Positions 59,455 to 64,000 of a stretch of DNA of 64,000 nucleotides are shown here, one piece after another (within the stretch, counting starts at the first letter, position 1; each line of letters starts with the position of its first letter). This stretch comes from Syntrophales bacterium. GTDB taxonomy: Bacteria; Desulfobacterota; Syntrophia; Syntrophales; PHBD01. A program made the position numbers and the translations under genes. The stretch lies in NCBI GenBank assembly GCA_963668175.1, contig OY764159.1, positions 1,760,001 through 1,824,000 of the forward strand. The letters are read 5' to 3'. Below the pieces are notes generated by a model. The model made no database searches and was not told the DNA's origin. It worked only from the letters and a program-made list of their open reading frames with translations.

Positions 59455-59483
59455 TTGACAGACGGGCGATCTTTCCTTATAAA
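59455..59483 (+). promoter_or_regulatory. sigma70-type promoter of the activator gene
   Basis: TTGACA-17 bp-TATAAA. Confidence 0.7.
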
Positions 59484-59516
59484 AGTTCATGCTTCATCAT
59501 CAGCAGATGTATATTA

Positions 59517-61244
59517 ATGAACGACGAATCGGATACGTATAAATACGTTTTAGATAATTTATTTCTTGCCCTGCTGCTGTTCGACACAAGAGGTCAACTC
59601 ACCTATGCAAACGGGATGGCGCAATCTCTTCTCGACATCCCGGATGATTACAAGTCCCGGAATCTCCACTGTTCTGTATTCAGTGAAACATCGTGGTCCG
59701 ACATTCAGGAAGTTCTCGCCTCGGGAAAACCCCAGATCGGAAAGTATGTGAGCGTGAATAACACGACGATGCTTTGCAACCGCATTCCCCTGAAGCGGGA
59801 GGATGCGGTGACCGGCGTCATGAGCACGATCCAGTACATGACCGAGTATGAAAACGAGATAGAGAACCTGCAAAAGGACAAAGAACTCCTGAAGCGCGTT
59901 CAGGCGATCATCGAATCGTCTTACGACGGTATCTATGTGACCGATGGGCAGGCCAATACGATTATGATCAACTCGGCCTATGAGAGAATGTCGGGATACG
60001 GACGGGATGAGATCGTCGGGCGCAATATGCAGGACCTCGTCGACGAGGGTTTCTTCGACAAGAGCGTCACGCTGAGCGTCCTGCAGTCCGGGAAGCAGGA
60101 GACCATCCGGCAGAAGCTGCGCTCCGGAAAAGAGATATTGGCGACAGGCACGCCTATCTTCGACGACAACGGAAATATCATCATGGTCGTGACGAACGAC
60201 CGCGATATGAGCGATCTCATAAGCGTTCACGAGCAGCTGGAACACTCCCTGGAAATAGCCATGGCTTACAAGGAAGAGCTGCACCTCATGCAGCAATCCG
60301 ATCTGTTCGGAAAGGATTTCGTTGTCATGTCCAAGGCCATGCGCGGCGTGTGCGATATGGTGGAACGCGTCAGCAAGACAGACGCCACGGTCCTTTTTTA
60401 CGGAGAAACGGGCGTAGGCAAGGACCGGTTGGCCGAGGAGGTGCATAAACGCTCCCTGAGGCATAACAGAGGGCTGTTCGTGAAGATAAACTGCAGCGCG
60501 ATACCCGAAGCCCTGATCGAGAGCGAGCTTTTCGGTTATGAAAGGGGCGCCTTCACGGGGGCCAGGAAAGAAGGGAAGGTCGGATTGTTCGAACTGGCCG
60601 ACGACGGGACGCTTTTCCTCGATGAAGTGGAAACCATGCCCATGTCGCTCCAGCCGAAACTCCTGCGCGTGCTGCAAAATTTCGAGATCAGCCGTGTCGG
60701 AAGCACGGTGACCAAGAAAGTCGACGTGAGGCTCGTCTGTGCGACCAATATGGACTTGAAGGAGATGGTGGCGAAGAATCAATTCCGTGCCGACCTGTAT
60801 TACCGCCTGAATGTCATCCCCATATTCATTCCGCCGTTAAGGGAACGAAGAGAAGACATTCCTTATCTCATCACGTTTTTCGTCAATCAATTCAGCCAGA
60901 GATACAAAAGAAAGAAAAGCATCGGCAGCGAAGTCATGAACGTATTGACGTCCTATTCCTGGCCGGGCAATGTCCGGGAAGTCGCCAATATCATAGAAAA
61001 GCTGGTTGTAACGGTCGAAAACAGGCAAATCGGCATTCAGGATCTTCCCTTGGAGTTGCAGAATGCGGACTGGCAGGTTCAGATAAAGCCTGGATTGACT
61101 TTTAAGCAGCATATCCGGGACGAGGAAATAGCCATTCTGAAAAATTTCGTTAAGACTTACGGGAGCGCCCGCAAAGCGGCGGCCGCCATCGGTATCGATC
61201 ACTCCACCATTACCCGCAAGTTGAAAAAATACCGCCTGCAGTAG
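59517..61244 (+). CDS. sigma54-dependent activator, PAS-PAS-AAA+-HTH
   Basis: Two PAS domains, GETGVGKD, GAFTGA, WPGNVRE and C-terminal HTH. Confidence 0.93.
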   Translation: MNDESDTYKYVLDNLFLALLLFDTRGQLTYANGMAQSLLDIPDDYKSRNLHCSVFSETSWSDIQEVLASGKPQIGKYVSVNNTTMLCNRIPLKREDAVTGVMSTIQYMTEYENEIENLQKDKELLKRVQAIIESSYDGIYVTDGQANTIMINSAYERMSGYGRDEIVGRNMQDLVDEGFFDKSVTLSVLQSGKQETIRQKLRSGKEILATGTPIFDDNGNIIMVVTNDRDMSDLISVHEQLEHSLEIAMAYKEELHLMQQSDLFGKDFVVMSKAMRGVCDMVERVSKTDATVLFYGETGVGKDRLAEEVHKRSLRHNRGLFVKINCSAIPEALIESELFGYERGAFTGARKEGKVGLFELADDGTLFLDEVETMPMSLQPKLLRVLQNFEISRVGSTVTKKVDVRLVCATNMDLKEMVAKNQFRADLYYRLNVIPIFIPPLRERREDIPYLITFFVNQFSQRYKRKKSIGSEVMNVLTSYSWPGNVREVANIIEKLVVTVENRQIGIQDLPLELQNADWQVQIKPGLTFKQHIRDEEIAILKNFVKTYGSARKAAAAIGIDHSTITRKLKKYRLQ

Positions 61245-61296
61245 CGACGCAGATGGCCGCGCCGCTACCGAAACGAAGGAGGTTTGGATATAGGAA

Positions 61297-62592
61297 TTAT
61301 TGATCGAAGTGCTTCTGGTATTCCCGCCATAGTCCGTCACGAAAATCGGGGTGGGCGATGGCGATGAGGGCTTTGGCCCTTTCCGAAACGGATTTGCCCC
61401 GCAGATTGGCGATGCCGTATTCGGTGACGATGATATGAACGTCGGAGCGGAGGGCGCAAACGCAGGCGCCTTCGTCGAGATGGGACACGATGCGCGATGT
61501 CTTGCCCCCCTGGGCGGTGGAATGAAAGGCCAGGATGGATCGCCCGCCTTTTGAATGCGTGGCGCCGCGGACAAAGTCGGCTTGACCCCCGATGCCGCTG
61601 TACTGCCTGTATCCTATCGTATCGGATGCAACCTGGCCGGCAAAATCAACCTGCAGAGCCGAATTGATGGAAACCATGTTATCGTTCTTTGCAATAATTT
61701 CGGGACTGTTTGTATAGTCGAAGGAATAGGCCTCAATAAAAGGATTGTTATGGACGAATTTATAAAGCCTCTCGGTTCCCATGAAGAACGAGGAAACCAT
61801 TTTCTTCCGATGATAATTCTTTCTGGTGCAGTTAATCACACCGCTTTCGACAAGGTCGATTACGCCGTCCGATAACATCTCCGTGTGGATTCCCAGGTCC
61901 TTCTTGTCTTTCAGAAATCCCAGGACGGAGTCGGGGACGGCGCCGATGCCCAGTTGAAGACAATCGCCGTCGTTGATCATCTCCGCGCAATAACCTCCGA
62001 TAGCCTCGTCGGCGGCGTCGATGGTCGGAGGTTTCAGTATCAGCGGCTTGGTTTCGCATTCCACGATATAATCGATTTCCGATACATGGATAAAGGAATC
62101 GCCCAGGGTCCGGGGCATGTGCGGCGTCACTTCAGCAATCACAAGCGCGGCGGATTCGGCGGCAGGTTTCGTGTAATCGACGGAGACCCCGAAAGAGCAA
62201 TAGCCGTGTTCGTCCGGCTCCGACAACATGCAGAGCATGACATCGACGGGCAGGATTCTGTCCGTGAAGAGTCTGGGAAGATCGCTGTTGTGGACGGCGG
62301 TGAAAAGGGCGCGTCCTTCTGCGATCGCCTGTCTCGATGTGGCGCCGGCAAAAAGAGAATTATGGGTGAAATAGGGCTTGCATTCCGGAAGGCAATACAG
62401 CGACCGGCCCATGGCGACCTGATGCGCAATCTCTACGTTTTGGTAGGCCTCCTTGTTGTCGACCATTGCTTTCAGTAACAATTCCGGCGTGCCTGTTGCG
62501 TGGCCCGCGACAACGCGATCCCCAGACTTTATATAGGTTACCGCTTCTTCGGCTGTTACCAGTTTCTGTTTGTACAGCTTTTCCCACCTCAT
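61297..62592 (-). CDS. 4-hydroxybutyrate CoA-transferase-like (acetyl-CoA hydrolase/transferase family)
   Basis: Motifs PDEHGYCSFGVSVDY, LQLGIGA, GIHTEM, SGIGGQADF, IAHPDFR. GGAGGA RBS before ATG 62592. Confidence 0.92.
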   Translation of the reverse strand: MRWEKLYKQKLVTAEEAVTYIKSGDRVVAGHATGTPELLLKAMVDNKEAYQNVEIAHQVAMGRSLYCLPECKPYFTHNSLFAGATSRQAIAEGRALFTAVHNSDLPRLFTDRILPVDVMLCMLSEPDEHGYCSFGVSVDYTKPAAESAALVIAEVTPHMPRTLGDSFIHVSEIDYIVECETKPLILKPPTIDAADEAIGGYCAEMINDGDCLQLGIGAVPDSVLGFLKDKKDLGIHTEMLSDGVIDLVESGVINCTRKNYHRKKMVSSFFMGTERLYKFVHNNPFIEAYSFDYTNSPEIIAKNDNMVSINSALQVDFAGQVASDTIGYRQYSGIGGQADFVRGATHSKGGRSILAFHSTAQGGKTSRIVSHLDEGACVCALRSDVHIIVTEYGIANLRGKSVSERAKALIAIAHPDFRDGLWREYQKHFDQ

Positions 62593-62676
62593 ACTCAATC
62601 CTCCGTAAATCTATTCTTAATCAGCTGTGTGCGCCGTCACTATAGAGGTGCTTCTAATGGAACGCTGATGATGGTT

Positions 62677-62692
62677 AGCAGGAATAGTGCCA
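62677..62692 (-). promoter_or_regulatory. sigma54 -24/-12 promoter for the CoA-transferase
   Basis: Minus strand TGGCACTATTCCTGCT. Confidence 0.82.
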
Positions 62693-62845
62693 GAAATAAA
62701 AGGCGGCGGCGCCGGGGGGGCTCTAGAGGGTTGCTATGACAACCGTAACCGATTTTTCGCTTTTAATTGATGCGGATGAAGATGTGCGGGCGGGGCGGTG
62801 ACTGGAATCGCCAACGCGGCCCGCAGAGGTATCGTCCGTCAGGAG

Positions 62846-63052
62846 CGGTGCAAAGGCGCACCGGGGAGACGGGCTGGAACAACGTATTTTTTTGTTATGA
62901 TGGATAAATTGCCCGTCGTTGACTCGCGGTGACGTTTTGCAACGCTTTTCTGTGGCATTCAGCCGTATCGCGGCTTCCGGAGGCGAATAGCAAGTAAAGT
63001 CTATAAACTGGCGAAAATAGTTCTTCACCGGCAATGGTGCCTAAATGCACCG
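62846..63052. promoter_or_regulatory. Putative activator sites GGTGC-N6-GCACC
   Basis: CGGTGCAAAGGCGCACCG (62846-62863), TGGTGCCTAAATGCACCG (63035-63052), degenerate CGGTGACGTTTTGCAACG (62927-62944). Confidence 0.6.
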
Positions 63053-63226
63053 GTATTCAATTCGGGCATGCGCCCGAAGGTTGTTCCGGTACTGACTTTT
63101 CGCGGGAAAAGCGATCCCAACGGGTGTGGAAACAATCCCGACGGGGGGAATGAAATTTCGTAATTATCCATTTGTTTCAGACTATACGGCGGTTTCCCCT
63201 GCATCGGTCCAGGCAGCCGGTCGGCG

Positions 63227-63242
63227 TGGCATTGATGTTGCA
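63227..63242 (+). promoter_or_regulatory. sigma54 -24/-12 promoter for the ABC binding-protein gene
   Basis: TGGCATTGATGTTGCA. Confidence 0.85.
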
Positions 63243-63363
63243 ACATATACGGCATACGCAAAATCGAATAAGAATCGGCTTTATAAGATGGCCTGATATC
63301 AGTAGGGCGAAAAGATCTTATAGGGTGAAAAGATCGTTCTAACCATATGAAGGAGGTTCTACT

Positions 63364-64000
63364 ATGAGGTTGCAACTGAAGTGGTTTTGGGTTCCTGTGA
63401 CGTTGGCTTTCCTGGGTTTGATGGTCTTGCCTGCCAATGCGGCTCCCCCCATCAAAATAGGTGTCGTCAGCCCCATGTCGGGAAACTACGGTGATCACGG
63501 CGCCCTGGAAAGAGCGGGTATGCAGATGGCTTTGGACGAGTACGGCGGAAAGATCCTCGGACGTACCATCCAACTAGTGACCGCGGACGATGAGACGAAC
63601 CCGGATGTCGCCGCGAGACGCGCAAGGAGACTCATCGAGGTTGACGGTGTGAAGTTCCTTCTCGGCGGCGTGAGCAGCTCCGTCGGAATCGCCGTCGGCG
63701 CCGTCGCAGAAGAGAAGAAGGTTCTATACATCAACACCAACGGAAATTCGGACCAGCTCAGCGGCGAATACGCCCGCCATCACGTATTCACCAGCGCCCC
63801 GAATATGGCCATTCTGGTGAGGGGCGGCGCTAAATATGTCGCCGAGAATCTCGGGAAGAAATGGTTTTTCATCACCCATGATTATTCCTGGGGCTGGTCG
63901 GGCACCAAGTGGGCGCGCGCATCCATGAAGGAGTTCGGCTGCAAGGAAGTGGGCGAGATCAAGGTTCCCATGGGAACGCGCGATTTCAGCTCTCAATTGC
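63364..64000 (+). CDS. Branched-chain amino acid-type ABC substrate-binding protein, 3'-truncated (absent from the ORF track)
   Basis: AAGGAGG RBS; manual translation MRLQLKWFWVPVTLAFLGLMVLPANAAPPIKIGVVSPMSG...DYSWG; open to the window end. Confidence 0.9.
   Translation, partial: MRLQLKWFWVPVTLAFLGLMVLPANAAPPIKIGVVSPMSGNYGDHGALERAGMQMALDEYGGKILGRTIQLVTADDETNPDVAARRARRLIEVDGVKFLLGGVSSSVGIAVGAVAEEKKVLYINTNGNSDQLSGEYARHHVFTSAPNMAILVRGGAKYVAENLGKKWFFITHDYSWGWSGTKWARASMKEFGCKEVGEIKVPMGTRDFSSQL

Overview
Roughly 64 kb of accessory catabolic DNA from an anaerobic bacterium. A Syntrophales/Desulfobacterota-like host is inferred from gene content only (AbfD, GctAB-like CoA transferase, 2-oxoacid:ferredoxin oxidoreductases, many sigma54 activators, a probable selenoprotein). 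The main hidden structure is three collinear, degenerate copies of an att-like site, each a conserved 60-bp arm followed by the 46-nt 3' half of tRNA-Lys(CTT), with cores at 7401, 17576 and 32732. They cut the left half into catabolic cassettes with no integrase: (0) thiolase, acyl-CoA dehydrogenase, CoA transferase, MFS and AbfD (left end outside the window); (A) PAS-LuxR regulator, GctAB-like transferase, beta-oxidation genes and MFS; (B) a sigma54/AcoR-controlled acetoin-dehydrogenase-like complex with an embedded NADH-type IlvC, two MFS transporters and lipoate genes. The right half contains: a FmdB-type zinc-ribbon gene with a likely Sec codon and SECIS; a minus-strand operon (korDABC, cupin, DUF2848, PreA-like, GntR, nitrilase); a divergent cluster (GntR, Glu/Leu dehydrogenase, D-glutamate-cyclase-like, Liv-type ABC, M24 hydrolase, korABC, GltD-like/ferredoxin fusion, Na+-decarboxylase subunits); and a MaoC / sigma54-activator / CoA-transferase / ABC binding-protein region with several clear -24/-12 promoters. 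All product calls come from motif recognition by eye; no database searches were run.
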